DNA from: Hypanus sabinus
Lineage: Eukaryota
DNA: 64,000 nt
NCBI RefSeq assembly: GCF_030144855.1
Contig: NC_082730.1
Location: 13,764,001-13,828,000 of the forward strand
Direction: 5' to 3'
In this document: one piece after another, positions 48,038 through 61,835 of the stretch
Numbering within the stretch: the stretch's first letter is position 1
Layout: each line of letters opens with the position of its first letter
Made by a program: the position numbers and the translations under genes
Notes under the pieces: model-generated
Seen by the model: only the letters and a program-made list of their open reading frames with translations
Told to the model about the DNA's origin: nothing
The model's database searches: none

Positions 48038-51000
48038 TCTTTCTTTCTTTCTAAATCTTTTTATTAATATTAGTAATATGGACAGAATACAGATGATATA
48101 TTGATAAAGAAATTACCAACATACACATTCCATTACATATGAAAAAAAAACATACATAATAGTTACAATATAAATGAGTTTACCAAGACATAAGCCATAA
48201 GATATATGTATGGACATAGTAAATCTAAATATTTCATAATGTATAATATAAAAAAAACAGAAAAAAGAAAGAAAAAAAACAAAAAAAATTATATAATGCA
48301 GAACTAGCTAATCTAATCTAATAACTATAACTAATAAGTAATATAAAAGAAAAAAAAACAAAAGAGAAGGAAAAAAAAAGCGGGCTGTTTATAATATCTC
48401 ACAAAAATAAGTATTCATCAATGCCGTCACTTCCGGTCCTCTCAAAATACATAAGCTGAAAGCTGGGAAATCAAATGAACTTGGCACAGGGTAATATTAC
48501 ATCATATGAAAATGTTGAATAAATGGTCTCCATAACTTTTCAAATTTAATAGAAGTCTCAAAAGTACCACTTCTAATTTTTTCTAAATTTAAACATAACA
48601 TAGTTTGAGAGAACCAATTAAATACAGTGGGAGGATCAATTTCTTTCCAATTCAACAATATAGATCTTCTAGCCATCAGAGTTAGAAATGCAATCATTCG
48701 ACGGGCTGAAGAAGATAAATGCAGTGAATCTAACATTGGTAAACCAAAAACTGTGGTAATAGGATGAGGTTGTAAATCAATATTCAAAACCGCAGAAATA
48801 ATATCAAAAATATCTTTCCAATATTTCTCCAAAAATGAACACGACCAAAACATGTGAGTTAAAGACGCAATTTCAGAATGACATCTATCACAAATAGGAC
48901 TTATATGAGAGTAAAAATGAGCTAATTTATCCTTGGACATATGGGCCCTATGTACGACCTTAAATTGTATTAGTGAATGTTTGGCACATAACGATGATGT
49001 ATTAACTAATTGAAGAATTCTATCCCAATTCTCACTAGAAATACTAAAACTAAGCTCTCTTTCCCAATCCTGTTTAGTCTTATAAAGAGGCTCTGAACGT
49101 ATCTTCATAATTATATTATAAAGTTTTGAAATAAGCCCTTTTTGAAAAGGGTCTAATTCAAATAAACTCTCCAAAGTATCTGAAGGCACAAAATTTGGAA
49201 ACGTAGAGAGTACAGAACTTAAAAAATGTCTAATCTGTAAATATCTAAAAAAATGAAATCTCGGCAAGTTATATTTGTTGGATAATTGTTCAAAAGACAT
49301 GAAACAATTATCTAAAAATAAATCAGAAAATCTTAGTAATCCCTTAGTTTTCCAAGCTGAATAAGCTTGATCTATAATGGAAGGGTGAAAAAAACAATTA
49401 GATACAATAGGAGTATTTAAAACGAATTGAGTCAACCCAAAAAATCTCCGAAATTGAAACCATATACGCAATGTATGTTTAACTATCGGGTTGTCAATTC
49501 GTTTCGGCAATTTAGAAAGAGCAAAAGGGAGAGAAGTCCCTAAAATAGAACCCAAAGCATAAGCTGATACCGATTTAGTTTCTAAACTCACCCAACAAGG
49601 GCCAAAAGATCCACCCCAATCTTTCAACCAACATAACAAATATCTAATATTAACTGCCCAATAGTAAAATCTGAAATTAGGTAATGCTAACCCGCCTTCC
49701 TTTTTTGTCTTCTGTAAATATGTTTTACCTAACCTGGGATTTTTATACTGCCATATATATGAAGAAATTTTAGAGTCAACATTAGTAAAAAAAGATTTCG
49801 GGATAAAAATTGGTATCGCTTGAAAAATATATAAAAACTTAGGTAAAATAACCATCTTAATAGCATTAATCCTACCTATTAGGGATAGAGACAAAGGTGA
49901 CCACTTAGTAAACAAACCTTTAATCTGATCAATTAAGGGTAAAAAATTAAATCTAAATAAATCTTTATGGTTTTTTTTGTGATTTTGATCCCTAAATAAG
50001 TAAAAGAGTCATTAACTAATTTAAAGGGTAAATTTCCATAAATTGGGACCCGTTTATTCAATGGAAACAATTCACTTTTATTAAGATTTAACTTATACCC
50101 AGAAAACTCACTAAATTGAGCCAATAATGATAAAACTGCTGGAATGGATTTCTCCGGGTTAGAAATGAATAGTAATAAATCATCTGCATACAAAGATAAC
50201 TTATGAATATCTGTCCCACGATTAATACCCAAAATATCCTGTGATTGTCTGATGGCAATTGCCAAAGGTTCTAAGGCAATGTTAAATAGTAATGGACTAA
50301 GAGGACATCCGTTTAATTGTATTCCAAGTCACAAAATTAATGGTCTGAGCCATAATTCTATAATCAACCCTTTGGTATAGAAAGGGTTAACCAACTTATA
50401 AACTCATGCACCCGGAAGAGGAACAAAAGTAGTGAGAAGTCCCGGAAGTGACGACAACACAGACATATTTGAAGTTCAAAAACAGCCCGAATAAAAAAAC
50501 TAACACAAACTGGTACAAAAAAAAATAGAATTAGAAAACAGACCATCCACCCACCCCCCGAGAAAAAGAGAAAAAGCCAAAATATGACTTAAAAAGAGAA
50601 AAAGTAAGACTAATCCTACCCCCATGTCAGCTGAAGAACACTCCATATAAAAAGGATATATATAAAAGAATCACCCCAACTTTAAAAATAAAATCGCTAT
50701 AATAAAAACCATATTTCTAAGTATAGTTAGTTGTAAAAAGAATAAAAATATAATCACTAAAAAACAATTATAACTCGGGCTCAGGCCCAGACAAAACAAA
50801 AAATATTTAAGCTAAGATAAGCGATGCATTGTACGGAAGAAACGCGAAAAATATAAACATAATGCCATCTTAAGCAAAACCAAAAATCTTTTCCAAAAAA
50901 CGACCATCTTAATCAAGGAAAAATTTACCTTCAAAGAATTAAAAATATACCTTCGAAAGAACAAAGTTAATAGACAAGTATGTAGTTAAATGATTAAAGT

Positions 51001-52177
51001 GTATAAGGCAAAACAATTAACATGACGCAAACACACTTTAACTTGAGTATAAAGTGTAGGATGAACCTACACCAATAACCAGATTATAATTCTGGTTTAA
51101 GAGATCGAGAACCATCTTACACGATGAGAATCATTCATTTATTAAAGACTGGTGTCTGTAGCAGTAGGGAAGTTCTCCTCCAGATATTTTCTCGCTTCTG
51201 AAGTTGAAAGGAAAACTTGTCGAGGAGCATTCGACGGAGAAATTTGAAGCTTCGCAGGGTATAGAAGCGCAGGTTTCAGATTTTTCTCATAACATTCAGC
51301 CATCAACGGTTTAAAAAGAAGCCTTCTTTTTAAAAGAACTGAACTAAAATCTTCGATCAGGCGGAAGCAAAAATCTTTGATTTTAATCATTCCTACCCGA
51401 CGAGCTGCTCTTATAACTTGTTCTTTGTCATGTACATAATGGAACCGGACAATTACCACCGAAGGTTTGTCTGTAGCACTCGGTGATCGACGCAGAATTC
51501 TATGTGCCCGATCCAATAAAGGGGGGTTATTCGGGAAAATCGTCGGAAACGCTTCTTTTAAAAGTTGAGCAAAATATTTCGAAGGGTCATCTTTTTCTAT
51601 GCCGTCTGGAAGACCAAGTATACGTAAGTTCTGTCTTCTGGACCGATTCTCAAAATCGTCACTCTTGGCTTTAAGGGCTTCCATCAGCTTAATGGTCGAA
51701 ATTAAATCCTGTTGCAGTTTTCCAATAGTCAAATCTCGCTTCCGAGCTTCTTCTTGCAGAGAACGCAATAAGAGCTTGTTGCTGTTTAATTACTAAATCC
51801 GTCTTAGCCATGTACTCTTGAAAAGCCTTTATATCTTCTTTAAAAAATTGTTGTAGTTCAGCAAATTTTTTATCCAAAACCTCCATAAACAATTCAAAAG
51901 TTAATTGTGTTTGTTGTGTCGGAGCCTGCTTTTTTCCGTTACCGTTCGGATTACGTCCGGGATCCCGTCCCTTAGACCTGAGAGACATTTCTGTTTGCAT
52001 ACCTTCAAAAGTTCACAACAAACTCTTGGCAGTAAATCCAAAAAAAAAAAGAATAAAGAAACTTTCAGTATAGGTAAAAATAAGCTGAATAAGGGTGATC
52101 AAAGGTTAAAAAAAGTAAAGGTTATGGAGCGAATCCAAAACGGCACTCACTCCATGAGCGTCTCCAGCTGACTCCCG
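48038..52177 (-). mobile_element. Internally deleted L1 (both ends intact) with 8-bp TSD
   Basis: TSD ACATTTTT 48030-48037 / 52178-52185; ORF1 51142-52000 (one frameshift); ~1.87-kb deletion at 50310/50311; open 472-aa ORF2 C-terminus at 48497-49915; (GAAA)n tail. Confidence 0.95.
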
Positions 52178-52872
52178 ACATTTTTAGACCCTCTTCCCTC
52201 TGGGACAAGGTTCAGGAGCTTGAAGATTCGTATGGCCAGATTTGGGAACAGCTTCTTTCCAACTGTGATAAGACTGCTGAACAGATCCTGACCTGGATCT
52301 GGGCTGTACCTTCCAAATATCTGGACCTGACTTGAACTACCTTAGTTTCCCTTTTCTATTTTCTAATTATGATTCATAATTTAAATTTTTATATATTTAC
52401 TTGGATTCGTACTTCAGGGAGCACAAAGTGCAGAATCAAATATCACTGTGATTATACGCTCTTGTATCAATTGTTTGGTGACAATAAAGTAAAGTAGAAG
52501 TAAAGTAGTAGTAGTAGTGTTTGCTGTCTTTCAGAAGAAAATGATATTGTGACTGGGTTTAGTGAGGGAAACATGCGGCATTGATGTTAATACAGAGATA
52601 GTGAGGGATGGACAGTGTGGGGACAAAGATCATGAGACATATACTTGTAGATGTAAATTAATTCTCCTATTAATAACTGGTCATAATTCCACAGTAATGT
52701 GAGATATCTGTTTGGTGGCTTTCAGGAGATAATTAATTTTTGACTGGGTTCAATGACCTACTGTATAGAAGGGAACATTTGGCACTGATATGAATGCAGA
52801 GATAGTGAGGGATGGACAGAGTCTGGACACTTACTTTATGAAAGGTACAAAGTCAATCCCTGAGAAACCTAC

Positions 52873-53199
52873 CATCAGATACTTGTAGATGAACATTAAA
52901 CATCGGATCGGTCCCTGGTGTTGTAATTCCACAGCTGTACCATCCTGTATCTCCGGAGTGAAGATCCTCCATAGTAACAGTAAATTTTCTCTTGCTCTGG
53001 TTCTGTTTATCTGTGATTGACACTCGTCCACTCCATCCGTGTTGCCCTTTTGTTTCCACTAAAACTGAACGGTGGATAGTCCATCCATGACACCAATACT
53101 TTGTGTCTGAACAGTACTTTGCTTTATAGTGACAATTGATTGTGATCGCTCCTCCCACAACTCCTCTTTCAGATTTCTCTGCCCACAATGCATCTGAAA
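52873..53199 (-). CDS. Ig V-domain exon B2, CD300/pIgR-like (N-terminal domain, copy 2)
   Basis: VSDALWAEKSERGVVGGAITINCHYKAKYCSDTKYWC..DTGWYSCG; tandem acceptors give starts at 53199 or 53193; donor G|GTAGGT; open frame. Confidence 0.93.
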
Positions 53200-53839
53200 C
53201 TGAGGAAGGCATTTTCAGATTTGAGGGGAAAAGAACAACACAAGTCAAACAAATATTTTTGAACATGTTTGTGGAAACAGGATCAGGTTACATCCAACAT
53301 GTGGTCCATGACACCACAGCCAATGATTTTGGTCTGAAGTGCAGTCAGTGCCGTTACTGTGTCAGTGCTCTCTCCCCTGTGTCAGTACATTGTGGGTTCA
53401 CTTCCCACTCCAGAGTCCTGAGCAGAAACCCAGGGCTGACTTTCCACTGCAGTACTGAGAGAGAGCAACAGTGTTGACCTTTCAGTTGCTTCAGAATATG
53501 TCGGCTTTTGAAATTTCGACAAATCCCAGCTGTTTCTTTTTGGAAGTGTCTGTGTCTCCAATTCCAGGGAACTTCAGGATTCAGATGGGGTTGATAGGTT
53601 CTTTTTAGGCCAATGTCCTGACTTCCTCCCACTTCCAGACAAATTTAAAAACTGCATAAAGAAAACCCTCATAATCTCCTAAAATGTGCCTTCTGGGTAC
53701 AATTGAAATTTTATATTACGTACCTGTCAACGACTTGCATGTGCAGTTAGAAGGTGCTGCAACAGATGTTGTTACTTTAGTATGTAGAAATCCAGTTTGA
53801 TTTCAAAGTGTGTAAAAATACTTGTATGTACTCCCAACC

Positions 53840-54240
53840 TATATCAGATCACACCAATATACAGGAGGCTGCATCAGGAGCACCGGATTCACAGGTAAAG
53901 TGTTGCTTCACCTGGAAGGAGTGTCCAGGGTCCTGAATGGTAGTGAAGGATGAACTGCAGGGGCAGGTGAGGCATTTGTCCTTCTTGCAAGAATAAGTGC
54001 CAGGAGGGAGATAAATGGAGAGGGATGGATGGACATGGGAGTTGCGTAGGGAGTGATTGTTGTGCAAAGCAGAAAGTGGGGGAGAGGGAAAGATGTGCTT
54101 GGTGGTGAGACCCCACTGGAGATGGCAGTTGTTACAGAAAATTATGTGCTGGACATGGAAGCTGGTGGTTGGTAAGCCTTGCATCTCTACATCCAGCAAA
54201 TAATCCTTCGTAACTTCTGCCATCTCCAATGGGATCCCAC
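53840..54240 (-). mobile_element. Penelope-like fragment (paralog of 17740-18125)
   Basis: PPGTYSCKKDKCLTCP..SFQVKQHFTCES. Confidence 0.75.
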
Positions 54241-55162
54241 CACCAGGCACATATTGCCCAACCCACTTTCTGACAAAGTCCTATAAATGCACAGTGAAGA
54301 GTACTCTTATTGACAGCATCATTGCATGGTATGAAAACATAAATCCCTTGAACAGAAAAACCACAAATGATAGTGTGTACAGCCCAATCCATAACTGGTA
54401 AACCCCTCTTCATTGCTGAGCACATTGCTGAACTAAAAGCAGTATCCATCATCCAGGCCTTGATCTCATCTTGCTGTTGCCATCAGGAAGCAGGTACAAG
54501 AGCCTCATGTCCCACCCCATCAGGTTCAGGAACAGATATTACCCCCTAACCATCAGGCTTCTGAACCAGAGTGGATAATTTCAGCGATCACTGAACTGAT
54601 TTCACAACCTATGATTTCACTTTTAAGGATGCTACAGCTCATGTTCTCAAATATTATTTAGTACTTATTTACTTGTTATTATTATTATTTTGCTTTTCTT
54701 TTGGTATTTGCACAATTGTTTGTCTCTTACACATTTGTTGTTTGTCTGTCTTTGTTCATGGGTAGTTTTTCTTTGATTCTATTGTGTTTCTTTGTAGTTA
54801 CTGTGAATGACCAAAAGTAAATGAATGTAAGGATAGTATGTGGTGACAAATGCAGTGTGTACTTTAATAATAAATTTAAGTTTCTTTTCTGAGAATGATG
54901 CAATAATTTGATCAACAGAACATTAAAAAAATATTGAAATCGAGTACATTTCCAGTCAATATTCAAAGGTCTTAAAAAAGAATGAACAATGGAATTAAAA
55001 GATGTGTAATGGACAAAATGAGTGTTTGCAGTTTGATGCAGCTTGCAATGGTCAGTGGGGTGTGAATCTGCAAATAGAAGTTGCTACTTTTCCAGAGTTG
55101 ACATGTAACTGGAAGCCAAGGTGTATAATCAGCCTCGGAGCTGCTACATGAAGGGAGCTACA

Positions 55163-56790
55163 GTACCTCTGCTATCTCCTCCAGTTCCATACACACTTCC
55201 ACTGTCACACCTGATTGGTCCTGTTCTCTCACGTCCTTTCCTCTTGCTTTTCACATACTTGTAAAATGCTGTGGGGTTTTCTTTAATCTTGCTTGCCAAG
55301 GCCTTCTCTTGGCACCTTCTGGCTCTCCTAATTTCATCCTTAAGCTCCTTCCTGCTAGTCTTATAATTTTCTGGATCTCTATCATTACCTAAATTTTTGA
55401 ACCTTTCCAAAGTTTTTCTTTTCTTCTTGACTAGATTTTCAACATCCTTTGTACACCACAGTTCCTGTACCCTACTAACTTTTCCCTGTCTCATTGGAAA
55501 ATACAATGCAGAAAGTCACACAAATATCCCCTGAACATTTGCCACATTTCTTCTGTACATTTCCTAAGAACATCTGTTCCCAATTTATGCTTCCATGTTC
55601 CTTCCTGATTGCTTCACATTTCCCCTTATTCCAATTAAATGCTTTCCAAACTTGTCTGTTCCTATCTCTCTCCAATCCAATTCTATTGTAAAGGAGACAG
55701 AATTATGATCACTATCTCCAAAATTCTCTGCCACTGAGAGACCTGACACTTTACCAGGTTCTTTTCCCAATAACAGATCAAGTACAGCCCCTCCTCCTGT
55801 AGGCATATCTACATATTGTATTAGGAAACATTCCTGAACACACCTAACAAACCTCACCACATCTAATCCCCTTGCTCTAGGGAGATGCCGATCAATATTT
55901 GGGAAATTAAAATCTCCCACCATGACAACCCTCTTTTTATTACACCTTTCCAGAATCTGTCTTCTTATCTGCTCCTCGATGTCCCTGATACTATTGGATA
56001 GTCTATATAAAAAAAAAACCCGGTAGAGTTATTAACCCCTTCCTGTTTCAAACTTCCACCCAAAGAGACTCAGTAGACCATACCTCTATGACTCCCTCCT
56101 TTTCTGCAGCAATGACACTATCTCTGATCAGCCGTACCATGCCCTCACCTCTTTTTCCTCCCTTCCTTTCATTCTGAAACATCTAAAGCCTGGCACTCTA
56201 TGTAGCCATTCCTGCCCCTGAGCCATCCAAGTCTCTGTAATGGCCACAACGTCATAGCTCCAAGGAGTGATCCATGCTGTAAGCTCATCTGCTTGGTTCA
56301 TGATGCTTTTTGCATTAAAATAGTCACATTTCATACCATTGAACTGAAGGCATCCCTTCTCCATCTCCTGCCTATCCTCCCTCTCACACTGTCTACAAGC
56401 TTTCTCAATTTGTGAGCCAACTGTTCCTTCCTCCGTCTCTTCAGTTTGGTTCCCAACACCCAGCAATTCTTATTTAAACTCTCACCAATTGCCGTAGGAA
56501 ACATCCCTGCCAGGATATTGTTTCCCTTCGGATTCAAGTGCAACTCGTCCTTTTTGTACAGGTCACGCCTGCCTCAGAGAAGATCCCAATGATCCCTGCT
56601 CCCTGCTCCAATCCCTCAGCCTCTGACTATTCACATTCCCACTTCAGGATATGGTGGACACGATCAGAAACATCTCAGACCCTGGCACCTAGGAGGCAAA
56701 CTACCATCCCTGTGTCTTTTCTGCGTCCAGATAATCGCCTGTCTGACCCCCTAACTATAGAGTTCCCTATCACTGCTGCTATGATCTCCA
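55163..56790 (-). mobile_element. CR1 fragment (ORF1 esterase plus EN region)
   Basis: AVIGNSIVRGSDR..VCLLGARV; YFNAKSI..VVAITETW; VGDFNFPNID..GDSDHN. Confidence 0.88.
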
Positions 56791-58910
56791 GCAGGTGAGA
56801 GAAGCTATGGAAATGAAAAAACAGTCGAATTTTTGGGCCAAGGTGTTTCTTCAGGACTGGGCAGGAAGGGGGAAAGACACCAGAAAAAAATGTTGGGGTG
56901 GGGAGGGAAAGAAGGACATCTCGAAGGTGATCGTGAAACCAGATGGGTAGGAAAGACAAAAGACTGAAGAGGAGAGAATCTGATTGGAGAAGAGAGTGGA
57001 CCCATAGGAGAAAGTGGGAGTGGGAGAGAACCCAGGGGGAGATGATAAGCAGCCGAGAAGAGGTAAGAGGCCATATTGGGGAATAGAAGAAGTGCTGAGT
57101 TAGAGGAAGTTTTCCACAATATATCACAATACTTCATGATTATCCAGTTCTGAAAAAGTGTCTCTGCCTGAAACCTTAACTGTTTTTCATTTCCATAGAT
57201 ACTGTGTGACTGGCTGAATTCCTTCAGCACTTTTGTGTATTGTTCTGGATTTCCGGCATCTATAAATTCTCTGGGGTTTATAAATCCACATTATCATTGT
57301 TTACCTGGTTAGAACTTTAGATGTTGTTTGAATTCAGGATCAGAGAATTTCTGACACAGGAGGCTGTTCAGCCCTTCATTCGGTACTGGTCGAAAAAGCT
57401 CTAACTGTTCTGGTCTTCCTTGGGTCCTCTACCTGGCTGGTGATGCCTCTTCAAATACACCTTCCAGGCTCTGTTGTTGTGCTGAGGGTTTCTGCTTCTA
57501 CAAATCCTTCAGGACTGCACCACATCCTCACTTCTCCGTGGATTGTCACCTTGTCATGGTGGAGAGACTTGTGAGTGATGTTGTCCAGAGTGTAGCTCCT
57601 GGTCAGGTCTCCATTGGTGGAAAGATCAATGGGGGGGGGGGGCTCCAGACAACAAGCGATCCAAGTAAGACCTCAAAGGTTTAACTAATGGAAGACGATG
57701 ACATCACAAAGGCAGAGAAGGCAGAAGAAGGCTGAAGAAGTGAAAGGTCCCCCAGTCATCTTGCATTCAATGCTATTGGGCCCAAACCCAGCTCTGTCAA
57801 GGACCAAGTTGTGGCTGCCCACACAACAGTCTCCCTACATTAAACAAGATCCTGCACAGGCGTCCTCCATAAAGGAAATCCACCACAATATGCCAGATTG
57901 ACACAGCATGCAGTGTAGGGGTCAGAATTGTGATGATGTGGATACTACAGCCACCTGAGGACCCAGGAATAGACACACTTGAGTCGAGTTACTACTCCTA
58001 CCTGGGAGAAAAGTGTTCTCCTCATTCCCCCTCTAATCCTAACAACAGTTAACTTTTAACCCAAGACCCCTATTTTTAGCACCTCATCTAAGTGATCAAA
58101 ATTATTTTTGTTCATACTTTTGGTGCCCTTTATAATTTTTCACAATTCAATTAAGTCTCCTCTTTGCCTCTTGAGTTTCAGACAAATTAACCCCAGCCCA
58201 TCCAACGAGTGAATCACTCAGTCCCAGGCAGCAGTCTCCCCAGTACTTTCTTGTCTCTCTGGTAATGTGGTGACCACAAATGACTACAGTGTTCAAGCCA
58301 TGGGCAGAACCACACTGTCTCTATATCTTTGGAATCTGCAAATAAAGGAAACTGTTATGTCTGCCTTTCTAATCACCTTATCTACATCTCCAGTCAGACT
58401 CAATGATCAGTGATCATACTCAATAAGGTCCCCATGATCCTCACATTCCTCAATATCCTTGTGTTTGCTTATCCATTAATACCCTGATGGTGGGGTGGGG
58501 ATTCCTCTCCACCAAAGGAAGTGTAAGATGCCCCTTACCTCTGATACCCTGTGAAGGTCACCCTTGGGCAAGATGTTACATCTGCTTAGCAACCCTCAGT
58601 CAGAGTCACATGAAGCCATGGGAGCAGGTGGTAGATGGTCATATCAGCAGCTGGAGCATATCATAAATCCTGATTATGCAACCACTGACACCAGTCAGAC
58701 AAACACTGGCTTGGGTGTGTCTGAATTCAGATATCACGGAGGGGGAGGGGGAGGGGGAGGTTGAGGAGGAGAGTATGTTGCTTCAGTAGCTTCACACAGA
58801 ACAGAGTCAATCGCCTGTAGCTTGTCCCCTGCCTGACCAATGAAGCTCAGGGCCAAGATGAGAGGTTTTCACTCTCTGCTGGGTCTAGCTTTGGTGGTTT
58901 GAGACTTGCT

Positions 58911-59967
58911 TGTCATAAGGGGGACATTGGAAGTGGACCCAAAAGCAAGACACAGACACTGAAAAACTAGGGAGAGGACTAGGTGTATTAAGGAAACAAG
59001 AAAAATGGGGAAGAGAGGATGCTGGACATGACACAGACCTTGGACGAGACAAGGATTCTGGGCTTGGGCTAGGACTTGACTAAGATAGCAGAACCAGGAC
59101 ATGGAACTGGGTACTAGGAGCCTGGGCTTGGACCCCGAGCCAGAGACAAGGCAAGGACCCAGAAACTAGGTCTTTACTCAGGCTCGGACTCCAGAACTAG
59201 GCAAGGGCAAGACGTAGCTACAGGATGAGATGCAGCAATAGGACTGAATGTGAGACTCCTACACAGGACAAGGGAACCCCAACACTGGGCTGGGAAAGGT
59301 ACTCCTGGGCTAGGCAAGGCACATGGACAAGACAAGAACACAAAGCCATTGCTTGGACAGGACAAGGTTCTTGTACATGGCTAGGACTGGACGAGGCCCC
59401 GAAGCCTTGACTTGGTCGAGGAAGAGACAGAAACACAGAGCCTTTGTCAAGGGAGAGACAGGAACTTGGAACACAGAGCCACAACCCCGCCTTGGAAACA
59501 GGACGTAGGGCTGGAACTCATTACACAGAGCACAGTGCCAGGAACCCTCCTTGGTTACAGAACATAGGGCCAGGACCGTTTCTTGGGTACAGGACGTAGA
59601 GCTAGGACTGATCACACAGAAATGCAGAATAGGACAAGAAGGTTCCCAACGCAATATAGTGGCAGACAGCCAGACCTATCTAGTGAAGGCAAGGACACAA
59701 AGCCAGTTCCTTATCTTGCTCCGGTGGTTGAACTTGACAGCAGTGAAGGCAAGTATTCAGGCAAGGCGAGGTTCAAGGTGAAGGGAAGGGATACAGACCA
59801 GGGGTTTTGGACAGGAACAATCCAGCAGCCAGAGGCTGAATCCTGAAGCTATTTATGAAGCCAGCCCATACGAGAATCAGCTGCCTCAATAGAAACTGGG
59901 GAAACCTAGAAAACCTGGAATACGGTATCTGGATCGGAATGTGGATTTCACGGATCGGACCATGACA
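58911..59967. mobile_element. Solo LTR (1057 bp) with 5-bp TSD
   Basis: TGTCAT..ATGACA termini; TTGCT at 58906-58910 and 59968-59972. Confidence 0.85.
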
Positions 59968-60279
59968 TTGCTGTCATGATGTTTGGATATAGCCGAGGTG
60001 CCGAGGGAGAGAGAGACCCTGAAGCAGGTCAGTAGTTCACAGACTTTAACGCAAACAGAATTTTAAGGGAAAAGAAAACAACAAACATGAGGCCAAACAG
60101 TGCCATTTACTAAAACTCACAAGTGGAAAACTGGATGCCAACATCACAGCTGAAAGGAATATCTAAATGTACAATGAATATTGCTCATCTCCAGCATCTG
60201 AATACTCCACTTTCTCAAGCAAGACCCATCAAACCCTGAACATGTTCAAACGTAGACTGTGCAGGTCCACTGGACTGTC

Positions 60280-60720
60280 AGATGCCATTGGTAGTCTTCG
60301 ATGCACATTCTAAATGGGATGATGCCAAAGTGGTGATGACTTTGATCAGGCACGATGATAAACATTTTATGCTACTGTTAGGTACACATATAATCCTCGA
60401 TACTGTGGGCTATGATAATGATCCCATGTTCACAAGTGAGAAATTCAAACTATTTTTTACAGGACAATGGAATTTGATTGCAACATTAGCCCCCCTGTCA
60501 CCCATCATCAAACGGTATGGCTGAGAGAGCTGTTCAGACTGTCAAGCAGGGGATATAAAAGTTGAACACACACCAGCATCAACAGTTTTTTTCAGGTACC
60601 CGATAACTTCACAAACCACCAGTGGTTTCATCTGAGCTATTGATGGGCCGCAGGTTGCATTTCCAATTGGATTTATTGCACCTTGATCTGGAAAACCGAG
60701 TAAGACACAGACAACAGCAT
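60280..60720 (+). mobile_element. Old degenerate Gypsy integrase remnant
   Basis: VFDAHSKW..YDNDPMFTSEKF.. resembles VDAHSKWPE..SDNGPQFTSEEF; a possible older LTR start TGTCATG at 59972. Confidence 0.65.
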
Positions 60721-61798
60721 GAAAGTGCGGTATGATTCAAATACAGAACATCAGAACTTTGAGGCGGGAAACTCGGTTACCGGGTCATCAACTCAAATAG
60801 CCAAATTAATCAGGTCATCCAGACTATCCTGCTTGTCACAATGTTCTGTTGGACCCCTGTGTTCAGTCCACATGGGAAGGCAGTGATGAGAGATCTCTTG
60901 TTCCATCTCGTCTCTTCTGCAAGTGTGCTAAACGTTTTCCAAGTTATTTCCAATAATACTGCATGCTGATGAGTAAAACAAATGTTCACAGTTCGAGGCA
61001 GAGAATGAGAAGAAAATGGATTCTGACTCAACCCACACAGAACTGAAGTGCAAGACATTTCAATAACAGAAACAGATGTCTATCGGAGACATCTTACTTA
61101 TCACGCATAATTCCTATGCTGATTTTAGTGAGTACAAGGCAGCATGAAAATGATGTTTCATGGATGGAAAGGGAGCCTTTGCACTTACATCTGCAAACCT
61201 TTACAAATTAATGTTCCCTGGGCAGGAACACTTTCTGCCAAGATTATTCAAAACACTGGTGCCGGAGATCAAGATGTGTCCTCAGCTCCCTTCTCTCCTC
61301 CCTGCACACTCACAACTGCAGGCTGGGATTTGTTTCTTTCTTCCCCCCCCCCACCCACACCCCCCCAGACCTGATACAGGGTCTCCAACTGGAACACCTT
61401 TTGCCTCTATAGATGCTGCTGGACCCATACAAATCTTCCAGCTTTGTGTCAATGGTTCCTCACCCCAATTCTATCGAATATATTTATGGAGTATTTTCCA
61501 TCTTTATATATCAGCACATAAACTTTACCATCTCTGCTACAGAAACGGTGCACTGGACCCAAATTAACACTGATCATTCGAATGAACAAGTAAACGGCAG
61601 ATGTTGGAAATCTGAGACAGAAACAGAACATGCTTGGAATACTGCAAATGTCAGGCTGAATCTCTGAGAAGTGGAACAGTGTCTTAAAGTCTTGGGTCTG
61701 CAACTTTCACTGTTTCATTTCCATGGGTACAGCCTGACCTGCTGAGTATTTCCTGCATTTACCAGTCTCTGTAACGTCCCGCGCTGGCGGTCACTCAC

Positions 61799-61835
61799 CG
61801 GGCAGGGAACAGATGAGAAGAATCAGAATCCACAT
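61799..61835 (-). CDS. Signal-peptide (leader) exon, copy 2
   Basis: MWILILLICSLP + G|GTGAGT; 37 nt; phase 1. Confidence 0.9.

Noticed and set aside
59000-59700. Recurring GGAC/ACAAG/CTAGG motifs resembling a repeat-spacer array
   Set aside because: Irregular low-complexity interior of a TSD-flanked solo LTR; not a CRISPR array.
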